Below are positions 35,659-45,022 of a stretch of DNA of 64,000 bases, piece after piece (the first letter of the stretch is position 1; the number at the start of each line of letters is the position of its first letter). The notes beneath the pieces are model-generated. The model was not told where the DNA came from, did no database searches, and saw nothing but the letters and a program-made list of their open reading frames with translations. The position numbers and the translations under genes were made by a program. The stretch is taken from contig CAWEYL010000003.1 of assembly GCA_963813335.1 (NCBI GenBank), forward strand, positions 96,001 to 160,000, read 5' to 3'. This DNA is from an uncultured Chloroflexia bacterium (lineage in GTDB: Bacteria > Chloroflexota > Limnocylindria > Limnocylindrales > CSP1-4).

Positions 35659-35785
35659 GATCCAGGACCTCCGCGGACAGCACGACAGGGCCCGAATCCC
35701 GTCCGACGCGGTCGGCGGGAGGGCCTGTCGCGATGGTACCGGACGCGGTCGAGCGGCGCGTCGGCCCGGTCGCCCGCGGTCCGGG

Positions 35786-36340
35786 CTAGTCGCGGTCGAG
35801 CAGCTCCCGCTCCAGCGCCCGCATCGCGTCGCCCTCCCCCGGATCCGCGTGGTCCCAGCCGCAGACGTGGAGCGTCCCGTGCGTGACGAGGAGGCGCAGC
35901 TCGTCGCCGGCCGACCAGCGGACGTCGCCGGTCTGGCCGCCACGGCCGGCGGTCGCCTGCTCGATCGCCCGCTCCACCGACACGACGATGTCCCCGAGGT
36001 GGACGCGCGCACCCGGTGGGAGCGCGAAGGCGGGCTCGGCGGCCGAGGCGTCCGACCGGTCCGGCCCGCCCCGGTGCGTGGGGAACGCGGACGGTGGCAG
36101 CAGCGGGAACGACAGCACGTCCGTCGGCCCGGTCGCGCCCATGTGCGTCGCGTTGAGCCCGGCCAGCTCGGCGTCGTCGGTGAGGATCAGGCCGATGGAT
36201 GCGGGTCCCGGCGCGCCGCCCGCGGCGAGCGCCGCCGCGACCGCTCGCGCCAGCCGCACGGACGCGATCGGGACCGCGACGCCGTCGCGGATCTCGAGGT
36301 CCAGGCGCCACGGCGCGAGATAGAGCGCCCGGCGGCTCAC
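35786..36340 (-). CDS. ybeY: rRNA maturation endoribonuclease YbeY
   Basis: PTDVLSFP, LGDIVVS, HGTLHVCGWDH zinc motif; GTGA overlap with the upstream HD gene. Confidence 0.92.
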   Translation of the reverse strand: MSRRALYLAPWRLDLEIRDGVAVPIASVRLARAVAAALAAGGAPGPASIGLILTDDAELAGLNATHMGATGPTDVLSFPLLPPSAFPTHRGGPDRSDASAAEPAFALPPGARVHLGDIVVSVERAIEQATAGRGGQTGDVRWSAGDELRLLVTHGTLHVCGWDHADPGEGDAMRALERELLDRD

Positions 36341-38481
36341 GAGACCTGGTTTCGCCTCGACTCGATCTCGACGACCTTGCTCTGCGGGTAGGCGATCCGG
36401 GTGTGGTACATGCCCAGCAGCTGGGCCACGAACGCCTCGCGGATGCGCTCCAGGTCGCGCAGGGTGAGGTCGCACTCGTCGAACTGGCCGTCGGCGATGC
36501 GCTCCTCGATGATCCGGGTGACCATCGCCCGGATCGCCGGCTCGTCGCGCAATTCGAGGGAGCGGACCGAGGCCTCGACGCTGTCGGCCAGCATGATGAT
36601 CGCGGCCTCGCGCGACTGCGGCTTGGGGCCGCTATGGCGGAACGGCCGCTCGTCGACGGCATCGGCCGCCTGGCGGCCCTCCGCGGTGGCCAGGCCGCCG
36701 TACGGCTCTGCCGCGCGCTCGCGGGCGCGGCCGTAGAAGTAGCCCATGATCGCGGTCCCGTGGTGCTGCGGGATGTAGGCGATGAGCGCCTTCGGCAGCC
36801 GGCTCTTGTAGGCGAGGTCGATGCCGTCGGCCACGTGCTGTTTGACGATCGCCGCGCTGACCTCGGGGTCCAGCGTGTCGTGGACGTTGTCGCCGCCGGC
36901 CTGGTTCTCGATGAACCCGAGCGGGTTGGCCAGCTTGCCGATGTCGTGGTAGTACGCCGCGACGCGGGTGACCAGTGGGTCGCCGCCGATCGACTCGGCC
37001 GCCCGCTCCGCGAGATTGCCGACCATCAGCGAGTGGTGGTAGGTCCCGGGCGTCTCGACCAGCAGGCGGCGGAGCAGGGGCTGCGACGGGTTCGCCAGCT
37101 CGAGCAGCTGGAAGACGGTCAGGATCCCGAAGACCGAGCCGAGGACCGCGAACGTGCCGACCGCCGCGACGCCCGAGCCGAGCGCCGAGGCCGCCGACGC
37201 GAACCACAGCTGGATCACGCCCTGGACGTCGCGCGCGCCGAGCAGCGAGAAGGTCGTGACGACCATGGCGTTGACCACGAAGACCGCGAACGCCGCCTGG
37301 ACGAACACCTGCAGCCGGTCGCCCTTGCGGATCATCACGATGCCCGTCAGGCCGCCGAGGAGGACGTACGACGTCAGCTCGAGGGAACCGCCGTTGACGG
37401 CCCCGGCGATGACCGCGATGAGCCCGATGACGACCGTTGCCAGCGACGCGTCGAGCAGAATGGCCAGGAGCATCCCGATCGCGGCCGTGGGCAGGAAGAA
37501 CTGGAGGATCGACCGACCGGCAGTGATCTTGAGCGCGAGGGTCGCCCCCACGACCAGCAGCCCGGTCAGCACCAGGACGTTGTCGCGATGCCAGAGCGTC
37601 GGGCGGAAGCGCCAGAGCCAGCCGAGCAGCAGGCCGACGATCAGGACGGACAGCAGGAACCAGCCGAAGAAGCTCGCGACGTCGGGCCTCGAGGTCTTGA
37701 GCCCGAGCGCGACGATCTTCTCCAGGGCATCCGCCGAGACCCGTTCACCGGCCGGGACGATCTTCTCGCCCTGCAGGACGGAGACCATCACCGGCTGCAC
37801 GGCGGCCGTCGCCTTGGCGATCTCCTGGTCGGTCAGCTCCTGGCTGAACGACGAGTTGGGGACCACGAGCGGGCCGATCAGCTCCGCCGCCAGCGCGCGC
37901 TCCTTCTCGTTGAGCCCCCCGGCCATCAGCCCGGCCAGCCTCGTCCGGGTCTCGGCGACCTCCGTGTCCTTCAGCGGCGCCCGCAGGAGCGCATCGAGGA
38001 CGCGCGCCGACTCGGTGCGGATCACCGACCAGCGGCCGGGGTCCATCGCGAGCAGGGTCGCCTGGGCGGAATCGGTGAGACCGGAGATGGCCACCTGCAG
38101 GAGCGAGGTGCGCTGGTCGGGCGTGATCTCCGCGGAGAACGCGGTATCGACCCGCTGCACGCGCTGCTCGAAGGCGACCTGCTGCTCGTCCGCGAGCGCG
38201 ATGGCCTTCTCGGTCGTGAAGTCGTACTGCGGCGCGACGTTCTTGGCGGCGTCGGCCCGGGCGGCGGCCGTGCGGCTGTCGCTCTGGAACTCGAGCGTCT
38301 TGGGCGCGACGATGTCGCGCGGCGCCAGGTCGCCGGCGGCGACCGTCAGCGTCGGCTGCGGCAGGATGTCGGACCCCAGGATCGCGGTGAGGACCGCGAT
38401 CAGGATCCCGGCCGCGATCGCGAGCCGGACGGCGTCCTTGCGGGTGAACCGGGCGATCGCCTCGGCGCGCTGGGTCAGCAT
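36337..38481 (-). CDS. 7TM-HD (HDIG) membrane phosphohydrolase, PgpH/YqfF-like (candidate c-di-AMP phosphodiesterase)
   Basis: N-terminal TM, extracellular domain, 7 TMs, LLELANP, PGTYHHS, YYHDIGK, QHHGT, GPKPQSRE, MLADSVEA. Confidence 0.88.
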   Translation of the reverse strand: MLTQRAEAIARFTRKDAVRLAIAAGILIAVLTAILGSDILPQPTLTVAAGDLAPRDIVAPKTLEFQSDSRTAAARADAAKNVAPQYDFTTEKAIALADEQQVAFEQRVQRVDTAFSAEITPDQRTSLLQVAISGLTDSAQATLLAMDPGRWSVIRTESARVLDALLRAPLKDTEVAETRTRLAGLMAGGLNEKERALAAELIGPLVVPNSSFSQELTDQEIAKATAAVQPVMVSVLQGEKIVPAGERVSADALEKIVALGLKTSRPDVASFFGWFLLSVLIVGLLLGWLWRFRPTLWHRDNVLVLTGLLVVGATLALKITAGRSILQFFLPTAAIGMLLAILLDASLATVVIGLIAVIAGAVNGGSLELTSYVLLGGLTGIVMIRKGDRLQVFVQAAFAVFVVNAMVVTTFSLLGARDVQGVIQLWFASAASALGSGVAAVGTFAVLGSVFGILTVFQLLELANPSQPLLRRLLVETPGTYHHSLMVGNLAERAAESIGGDPLVTRVAAYYHDIGKLANPLGFIENQAGGDNVHDTLDPEVSAAIVKQHVADGIDLAYKSRLPKALIAYIPQHHGTAIMGYFYGRARERAAEPYGGLATAEGRQAADAVDERPFRHSGPKPQSREAAIIMLADSVEASVRSLELRDEPAIRAMVTRIIEERIADGQFDECDLTLRDLERIREAFVAQLLGMYHTRIAYPQSKVVEIESRRNQVS

Positions 38482-38507
38482 GGGTCGGTCATCGGACGGT
38501 CGGGAGG

Positions 38508-38987
38508 CTAGTGCGTGCCGCCGTCGTGGGCGACGAGGTCGGCTTCCGCGAGGGCCTTGGCGACCAGGCCGCTGACGACCTTGCCGTCGGCGCGGCCGCG
38601 GATCCTCGGCGAGAGCCAGCCCATGACCTTGCCCATGTCGCGGGCGGAGGTGGCCCCGGTCGCGGCGACGGCCTCGTCGACGAGAGCGGCGATCTCCGCC
38701 TCGCCCAGGGCCTGCGGCAGGTACTCGGTCAGGATGGCGATCTCGGCCTCCTCCTTGGTCGCGAGGTCCTCGCGGCCGGCGCCACGGAACGCCTCGACCG
38801 ACTCACGGCGGGTCTTCACCTCGCGCGCGAGCACGCCGACGAGCTCGTCGTCGGTGAGCGGCCGCTGGTTCTTCTTCTCCAGGTTGTAGGCGGCGTTCGT
38901 CGCCATGCGCAGCACGTCGCGGCGCAGCGTATCGCCACCGCGCATCGCGGCGGTGATGTCGTCCTGGAGTCGGTCTCGAAGGGACAC
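38508..38987 (-). CDS. yqeY: GatB/YqeY domain protein
   Basis: SLRDRLQDDITAAMR, KTRRESVEAF, YLPQAL, DMGKVMG, GRADGK. Confidence 0.9.
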   Translation of the reverse strand: MSLRDRLQDDITAAMRGGDTLRRDVLRMATNAAYNLEKKNQRPLTDDELVGVLAREVKTRRESVEAFRGAGREDLATKEEAEIAILTEYLPQALGEAEIAALVDEAVAATGATSARDMGKVMGWLSPRIRGRADGKVVSGLVAKALAEADLVAHDGGTH

Positions 38988-39097
38988 CGGTACTGGCTAC
39001 CTCGGGCGGGCGGTTCGGCCGTGGTTCACGGCGTGGCGCCGGGACGCCCGTGGGGCGCGGGTGGCATCGGGAGGGCGCGCGCGGCGCGCGTCCCGGG

Positions 39098-39283
39098 TCA
39101 GCCGACCTGCGTTCGGGCGTTCTTCTTGCGCTTCGCTTCCTTGCGCTTGCGCTTCACGGACGGCTTCTCGTAGTGCTCGCGTCGGCGAGCCTCCGCGAGG
39201 ATGCCGCTCTGCTGGATCTTCTTGTTGAAGCGGCGCAGGGCGCTTTCGAACGTCTCGTTCTCTCCCACTCGGACTTCAGCCAA
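39098..39283 (-). CDS. rpsU: 30S ribosomal protein S21
   Basis: [17 protein letters not shown]...[14 protein letters not shown]; TTG start with GGAGGTG RBS. Confidence 0.95.
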   Translation of the reverse strand: MAEVRVGENETFESALRRFNKKIQQSGILAEARRREHYEKPSVKRKRKEAKRKKNARTQVG

Positions 39284-39408
39284 TCGGTGTTCACCTCCCC
39301 AGGCCTGGAGTTCGTGGCTCTCGCGCGGGCTCGTGGCCAGCCGGCCCGACGCGTGCTCAGCGGTCCCCCGCCGAAGCCGCCGGAGTGTAGCCGAGCCCCC
39401 GGGGTCGG

Positions 39409-39720
39409 TCAAACGGTCGGAAGGTGCTGTCCGAGCACGAAGATCCAGTACGCGTCGAGCGCCGCGACCACCGCCCAGAACCCGACGATGAGCGTCGGAC
39501 GACGCAGGAAGCACTTGCTCCACGACACGCCGAGCGAGATCGAGCGCAGATACAGCCCGATCGCCACGATCGCGACGACCAGCACGAAGACCGCGGGCGT
39601 CACCAGCCACGCGATCAGACCGATCGTCCCCATGCGGCAGAACGTGAAGGCCAGCCGCTCGTACTTCTCCGGGCGGGTGAGCGGCGGGCGGGCGTAGCTG
39701 GTCGGTCCGACGGTGGTCAT
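39409..39720 (-). CDS. Small integral membrane protein (~3 TM), last gene of the lgt-like/radical SAM operon
   Basis: Hydrophobic segments; ATGA overlap with the radical SAM stop. Confidence 0.75.
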   Translation of the reverse strand: MTTVGPTSYARPPLTRPEKYERLAFTFCRMGTIGLIAWLVTPAVFVLVVAIVAIGLYLRSISLGVSWSKCFLRRPTLIVGFWAVVAALDAYWIFVLGQHLPTV

Positions 39721-41285
39721 GCGGGTGCCTCGCTCGAGAGCGGCCGCAGGTCATCGAGGGCGATGAGCTCGCGAGCCGGGACCATGCCCGCCGACGTGTG
39801 CCGTCGCAGGCCGCCGAAGATCTGTCGGGCGCAGAACGGGACCCGGACAGGGTTCGCCTCGCCATCGGTCGAGCCGACGTGCACGCAGCACTGCTGCAGG
39901 CGCTCGATGTTCAGGGTCCAGGGGTCCATGAACGTCTTGATCGAGACCCGTTTGACCCGCAGCGCGATGTCGGTCATCGGGGCCTGGCCGCGGTCGGTGA
40001 TCCAGCGGCCGAGGCTCTTGATGAAGCCCGAGACGCCGAGGTCGCAGACCTCGCAGATGTCGAGCAGGTAGTCGATGACCTCCTTGCGGCTGACCATCGC
40101 CGTCTCCGACAGCAGGCCCGTGAGCGACTCCCAGAGCGCGTCGTCCGGGGCCAGCCGGTTCCCGAACACCGCCATCCGCTCGGCCAGCCGGTCGCGGCCG
40201 ATCAACTGCACGATCGAGCGGTGCGAGCCGTCGTCGCCGCGGACGAAGTAGGTCAACGACGAGCAGTCGGGATGGCTGCACGGGAGCGCGATGAAGTCGT
40301 CCGGCCCGACGCGGCCGGCGGTCTGCTCGCCCAGCCGGCGGATGGTCCCGGTCGTCGTCGAGCGGTCCATCGGGTCGATGGCGTGCGCCCGGCCGGTCGT
40401 GAACATGGGCTGGATCGCGACGCCGGCGACGTAGTCGGTGGCGAAGGCGTGCTCGACGACCGCGCCCACCTCGTGGTCGTTCACCCCCTTGGCGACCGCC
40501 ATCGCGAGCGTGGTGAAGATCCGCTCGCCGGTCAGGCGCTCGATGGCGAGCCGCTTCACCTCGCGCAGGTCCTCGCCGCGGTGGTACAGGTGCGTCGCGA
40601 GCTCGAAGCCGTCGAACTGGAGGTACACCTCGACGCGGTCGCGGAGGCTGGCGAGCTCGGCGAGGAAGCGGTCGTCGCGGGCGACGCGGATCCCGTTGGT
40701 GTTGAGCACGACGCGGGTCACGGGCGATCTGGTCGCCTCCCGGATGATCTCGACGATCTCGGGATGGACGGTCGGCTCGCCGCCGGACAGCATCAGGGCG
40801 TCGATCCGCCCGCCCTCCCGCTCGATCGCGGTGTCGAGCGAGCGGACGATGTGGGGCAGCCGCGCGTGGCGATTGATCCCGGGCCCGCTGCCGGCGAAGC
40901 ACGTCGGGCAGTGGAGGTTGCAGTTCTCCGTGACGTCGATCAGCAGGATGCAGCTGTGCTGCGTCTGGAGGTCGCCCAGGCCGTCCATGTAGCCCATCGG
41001 GATCGGGCGCAGGTTACCGGGCGTATCCGGGGTGATCTCACGGGTAGGGATGCGCCAGTGCTGGAGCTCCTCCCAGAGGTCGCGGTCCTCCTCGTAGAGG
41101 CTCACCACCTCGCCGTGCCCGCGGCGGCAGATCCGGCGCAGGTAGACGGCGCCGTCCATCGCCACGAGGTTGCCCTGGAGGATGTCCGTCTCGTAGTCGA
41201 TCTCGCGGTCGGGATCCTCGCTGAAGCAGCGCCCGCAGATGGTCAGGACCATCCGCAGCGGGAGATAGGGTCGGAGGGCGAGCAT
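39717..41285 (-). CDS. Radical SAM enzyme of the Tes/GDGT-MAS (MJ0619, COG1964-like) family
   Basis: N-terminal CGRC...[74 protein letters not shown]. Confidence 0.85.
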   Translation of the reverse strand: MLALRPYLPLRMVLTICGRCFSEDPDREIDYETDILQGNLVAMDGAVYLRRICRRGHGEVVSLYEEDRDLWEELQHWRIPTREITPDTPGNLRPIPMGYMDGLGDLQTQHSCILLIDVTENCNLHCPTCFAGSGPGINRHARLPHIVRSLDTAIEREGGRIDALMLSGGEPTVHPEIVEIIREATRSPVTRVVLNTNGIRVARDDRFLAELASLRDRVEVYLQFDGFELATHLYHRGEDLREVKRLAIERLTGERIFTTLAMAVAKGVNDHEVGAVVEHAFATDYVAGVAIQPMFTTGRAHAIDPMDRSTTTGTIRRLGEQTAGRVGPDDFIALPCSHPDCSSLTYFVRGDDGSHRSIVQLIGRDRLAERMAVFGNRLAPDDALWESLTGLLSETAMVSRKEVIDYLLDICEVCDLGVSGFIKSLGRWITDRGQAPMTDIALRVKRVSIKTFMDPWTLNIERLQQCCVHVGSTDGEANPVRVPFCARQIFGGLRRHTSAGMVPARELIALDDLRPLSSEAPA

Positions 41286-41290
41286 CGGAT

Positions 41291-41844
41291 CTAGATCGAG
41301 CCGGCGACCGGCAGGCACAGCCCGCTGATCCCGAGCAGGACGATGACCGGCACGACCAGGAGGAGTCGTGAGCGCGCGGCCGGGGCGCGCGGGATCGGGA
41401 TGCAGGGTGCGCATGACCAGGAACGAGCAGAGCAGCCCGAAGAGCAGCACGACCGTAAGGATCACCTGCGCGAACGGGCCGTAGCCGTATCGTCGACGTG
41501 CGGAGGAGGAACGGGATCGCGAAGAGGAGCCAGACGATGCCATAGGCGCCGAGGACGATCCGCCTCGCGGTCGATCGGACCGGGGCGATCGCCTCGTCCT
41601 GTCGCTGACGGGAATTGGCGAGCGCGAGAGCCTCGCGCACCTCCTCGGCGGTGAACCCGCCGGCGATCGCCGACCGCTCGATCGCGGCATCCGTGAACCC
41701 CGGCCGGATCGCCTGGATCCAGGTGACCAGCTGCTCCACGCGCGTCCCCGTCTGCCACGGCCCGCCGGGCGTGATCGGCGGTGGATCGGCGCTTCCCGGG
41801 TCGGCCGGGCCTTGGGCGCCTGCTGGCGTGCCGTCGTCGGTCAT
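41291..41844 (-). CDS. Membrane protein (soluble N-domain plus 3 TM, C-terminal ...LLGISGLCLPVAGSI); two +1 frameshifts (~41490, ~41365)
   Basis: ATG at 41844 overlaps the lgt-like stop (ATGA); hydrophobic helices join across frames into 184 codons ending at TAG 41291-41293. Confidence 0.65.
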
Positions 41845-42665
41845 GACAGTCCCTCCATCCGTACGGGGATCGGCGTGGGCGGCGCGGGGATGCGGTAGGC
41901 GTCGCGGCGGACCTGCCGGGCGAAATGCAGCAGGAGCAGGCCGACCATCGGGATGAGGACCCACTGGGGTCCGCTGAGACCGAGCGCCTGGGGCTCGTTG
42001 CCTCGGACGAACTCGACGAGGAATCGGAAGACCCCGGCCGCGAGCAGGTAGAGCTTCACGGCGTCGCCCGGGACCACGACCCGGTCCCGGTAGCGGAGGA
42101 TCACCGCGATGGCGACCAGGTTGAAGAGGATCTCGTACAGCATCGAGGGATGCATCGGGACATCGCAGCCGGGACAGCGGGCGAACGCCGCGGCGGCCGC
42201 CGGGCTGACCGAGATGCCCCACGGCAGGTCGGTCGGCGTGCCCAGCGGCAGCTCGGACAGGAAGCAGCCGATCCGCCCGATGACGGTCGCGACGGGGATC
42301 GCCAGGAGATAGCAGTCGCCGGTCGAGCGGGTGTAGCCGAAGGCCCGCTTCGAGAGCACGATCGCGATGTAGCCGCCGGCGATCGCGCCCAGGATGCTCT
42401 TGCCGCTGTGCTCGATCACCTCGCTGAACGGCTGGGTCGCGAGCGCGTCGTAGACCTCGAGGTGCTCCCAGGACGTGATCACCCGGGCGCCGATCGCGCC
42501 GCCGAGGACCGCCGCGAGCGAGATCCACACGATCGGTCCGCCGAGCCAGTCCCGCCGCCGCAGCTCCCGGTAGTAGATCGCGAGCCCGACCGTCAGCGCC
42601 AGCACCGTGAACGCGTCGTGCGTCATCACGGTCAGCGGGCCGAGCTGGAACAGGACGGGATGCAT
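41841..42665 (-). CDS. Prolipoprotein diacylglyceryl transferase (Lgt)-family paralogue
   Basis: MHPVLFQLGP, GGAIGAR, IGRIGCFL, GTPTDLPWG, HPSMLYE, FRFLVEFVR; canonical HGG replaced by SILGA. Confidence 0.88.
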   Translation of the reverse strand: MHPVLFQLGPLTVMTHDAFTVLALTVGLAIYYRELRRRDWLGGPIVWISLAAVLGGAIGARVITSWEHLEVYDALATQPFSEVIEHSGKSILGAIAGGYIAIVLSKRAFGYTRSTGDCYLLAIPVATVIGRIGCFLSELPLGTPTDLPWGISVSPAAAAAFARCPGCDVPMHPSMLYEILFNLVAIAVILRYRDRVVVPGDAVKLYLLAAGVFRFLVEFVRGNEPQALGLSGPQWVLIPMVGLLLLHFARQVRRDAYRIPAPPTPIPVRMEGLS

Positions 42666-42810
42666 CGGCGCTATCCAGTAGCCGGCATGACGACGGATCG
42701 GTCGCGGGCTCGACCGATGGACGCCGCTCCGGTCCGCACGTTACACGCACCGGCAAGGCGTCACATCTCGGCTGTTCGGGCCCGCGCCCGCGCGCTACCC
42801 TCGTTCCGCG

Positions 42811-44469
42811 ATGTCCACCCTGCTCGACCTTCTCGATCACGCGGTCACCCGCTATGGCGAGCGCGGCGCGCTCGCGCTGCGGCTTGACGACGGCTCGACG
42901 ACCGAGTGGACCTACCGCGAGCTCGCCCGGCGGGCGCGGATCGCCGCGTGGCGGCTCCGGGCGATGGACCTGGAGCCTGGCGACCGGATCCTGACCTGGT
43001 CGCCGTCGACGCCCGAGCTCCCGGCCGCCTACTACGGGGCGATGGCCGCGCGGCTGGTCCTCGTGCCGCTCGACCTGCGGATGTCGCCCGCCGCGGTGGA
43101 AGGGATCGTCGCGGCGTCGGGGGCCCGGCACCTCATCCTGGGCACGGGACGCGACGCGCCTGACCCGCGCGAGGCCGGCCTCGACCATTTCCCGACCACG
43201 ACCGTCGAGGCGCTCTGCGCCGAGCCGGCGCCCCACGACCCGGCCTTCCCGCCGGACTGGGAGTCGCGCCAGGCCGCATGGGCGCGCCCGGCCGCGGACG
43301 AGGTCTTCGAGCTCGTCTTCACGTCCGGCACCACCGGCACCCCCAAGGGCGTGACGTTGACCCACGACAACGTGGTCGCCTCGATCGAGTCGTTCCACCG
43401 GATCGTCCCGCCCATGGAGCACCGCCTGGTGTCGCTGCTCCCGCTCTCGCACCTGCTCGAGCAGGCCGTGGGGCTCTACTACGCGCTGGATGTCGGGGCC
43501 GACATCCTCTACGTGCGCAGCCGGAACCCGCGCGTCATCTTCGATGCGCTGCGCGACCAGCGCGTGACCTCGATGGTGGTGGTCCCGCAGGTCCTCGACC
43601 TGTTCTGGAGCGCCATCGAGCGCGAGGTCGCCAAGCGCGGCCGCACGGCGGCCTTCGACCGGCTCCGCTGGATCGCGCGCCACCTGCCGATGCGGTTGCG
43701 CCCGCGGCTGTTCGGTGCCATCCACGGGCAGCTCGGCGGGCATTTCCGCCTGTTCCTCTCGTCCGGGGCGTTCCTGCCGCCGTCGCTGCAGCAGGCGTGG
43801 GAGGACATCGGCGTCACGGTCCTGCAGGGCTACGGCGCGACCGAGACCGGGACCGGGACGTGCACGACGCTCGCCGACCACGGGCCGGGGACCGTCGGGC
43901 GCGCGCCCGCGGGGATCGAGATGCGCCTCGCACCCGACGGGGAGATCCAGTTCCGCGGCCGGACCGTGTTCGACGGCTATTGGCAGAACCCCGAGGCCAC
44001 CACGGCCGCGTTCACCGACGACGGCTGGTATCGCACCGGGGACGTCGGCCACCTCGACCCGGACGGCCGGCTCATCCTGTCGGGCCGGAGCCGCGACATG
44101 ATCGTGCTGCCGAACGGGTTCAACGTGTATCCGGAGGACATCGAGAACGCCCTGCGCATCGCCGGGATCCGCGACGCGATCGCGGTCGAGACGAGACCCG
44201 GCCGGATCGAGGCGATCGTCCTGACCGGCAGCGCCAGCCCGCTGCCGGGCGCCGCAAGCGCGTCCGGCGGGGTGCACCCCGACCACCCTGCCGAGATCCG
44301 GGCAAGCATCGACGCGGCGGTGAAGGCGGCGAACGCGACGCTCGGCCCGAACCAGCGGATCGTGGGCTGGCGGCTCTGGCCGGAGGACGACTTCCCGCGA
44401 ACGCACACCCTCAAGATCAAGCGCGGACCGATCCAGGCCTGGGCCGCGGTCGAGGGCGAGCGCGCCTGA
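42811..44469 (+). CDS. AMP-dependent long-chain acyl-CoA synthetase
   Basis: FTSGTTGTPKG, LLPLSHLLE, QGYGATE, YRTGDVG, GRSRDMIV...NVYPEDIE, PRTHTLKIKR. Confidence 0.92.
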   Translation: MSTLLDLLDHAVTRYGERGALALRLDDGSTTEWTYRELARRARIAAWRLRAMDLEPGDRILTWSPSTPELPAAYYGAMAARLVLVPLDLRMSPAAVEGIVAASGARHLILGTGRDAPDPREAGLDHFPTTTVEALCAEPAPHDPAFPPDWESRQAAWARPAADEVFELVFTSGTTGTPKGVTLTHDNVVASIESFHRIVPPMEHRLVSLLPLSHLLEQAVGLYYALDVGADILYVRSRNPRVIFDALRDQRVTSMVVVPQVLDLFWSAIEREVAKRGRTAAFDRLRWIARHLPMRLRPRLFGAIHGQLGGHFRLFLSSGAFLPPSLQQAWEDIGVTVLQGYGATETGTGTCTTLADHGPGTVGRAPAGIEMRLAPDGEIQFRGRTVFDGYWQNPEATTAAFTDDGWYRTGDVGHLDPDGRLILSGRSRDMIVLPNGFNVYPEDIENALRIAGIRDAIAVETRPGRIEAIVLTGSASPLPGAASASGGVHPDHPAEIRASIDAAVKAANATLGPNQRIVGWRLWPEDDFPRTHTLKIKRGPIQAWAAVEGERA

Positions 44470-44479
44470 GGGCGAGGGA

Positions 44480-45022
44480 CTAGTTGCCGACCGGGTACGG
44501 GATGCCGATGGTCTCGAGCGCGGCCTGGACGTCCGGTGCGGACGGATCGGTCGAGGCGCCGGGCAGCCAGTCGTAGACGATGACCGTCGTGCCGACGCCG
44601 CGGATCACGTGGACCGTGCCGAGCGGGGTCTGGACGCGGCCGGGGCCGGTCTCCAAGTACAGCCGCTGTTCCGCGGCGGCCTCGGCCGCTCGCGACGTAT
44701 CGCGCAGCTCATAGACGACGATGTAGCCGTGGGTCGGGTCGGCCGGGAGGGCCGCCTGGTAGACGGCCCGTGGCGCGTTGGCCAGGATCGGGCCCTCGGC
44801 CGGCCGGTACGGGACCTGCGAGTCGAGGAGCTGGATCTGGTGCTGGGCGAGCGCGGCCGCGATCTCGGCGCGGGTCTGGCCGACGGCGGGACTGACGTCG
44901 AGGTTCGGCGCCGTGGACGGCGGCGGGTAGGTGGTCGTGCCGCCCGTGCTCGGGGCCGCGCAGGCGGCGGCCGCCACCGCGAGGCATGCGGCGAGGACGA
45001 TCGCGCGAGCGCGGCTCGTCAT
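44480..45022 (-). CDS. Putative lipoprotein
   Basis: Lipobox AAAC after a hydrophobic core; ATGA overlap with hit. Confidence 0.7.
   Translation of the reverse strand: MTSRARAIVLAACLAVAAAACAAPSTGGTTTYPPPSTAPNLDVSPAVGQTRAEIAAALAQHQIQLLDSQVPYRPAEGPILANAPRAVYQAALPADPTHGYIVVYELRDTSRAAEAAAEQRLYLETGPGRVQTPLGTVHVIRGVGTTVIVYDWLPGASTDPSAPDVQAALETIGIPYPVGN

Noticed and set aside
39717-41285. Radical SAM as a classical SPASM RiPP maturase or MoaA
   Set aside because: No SPASM/twitch Cys pattern, no RRE/PqqD or soluble precursor peptide, no moa genes; motifs match the Tes/MJ0619-like family
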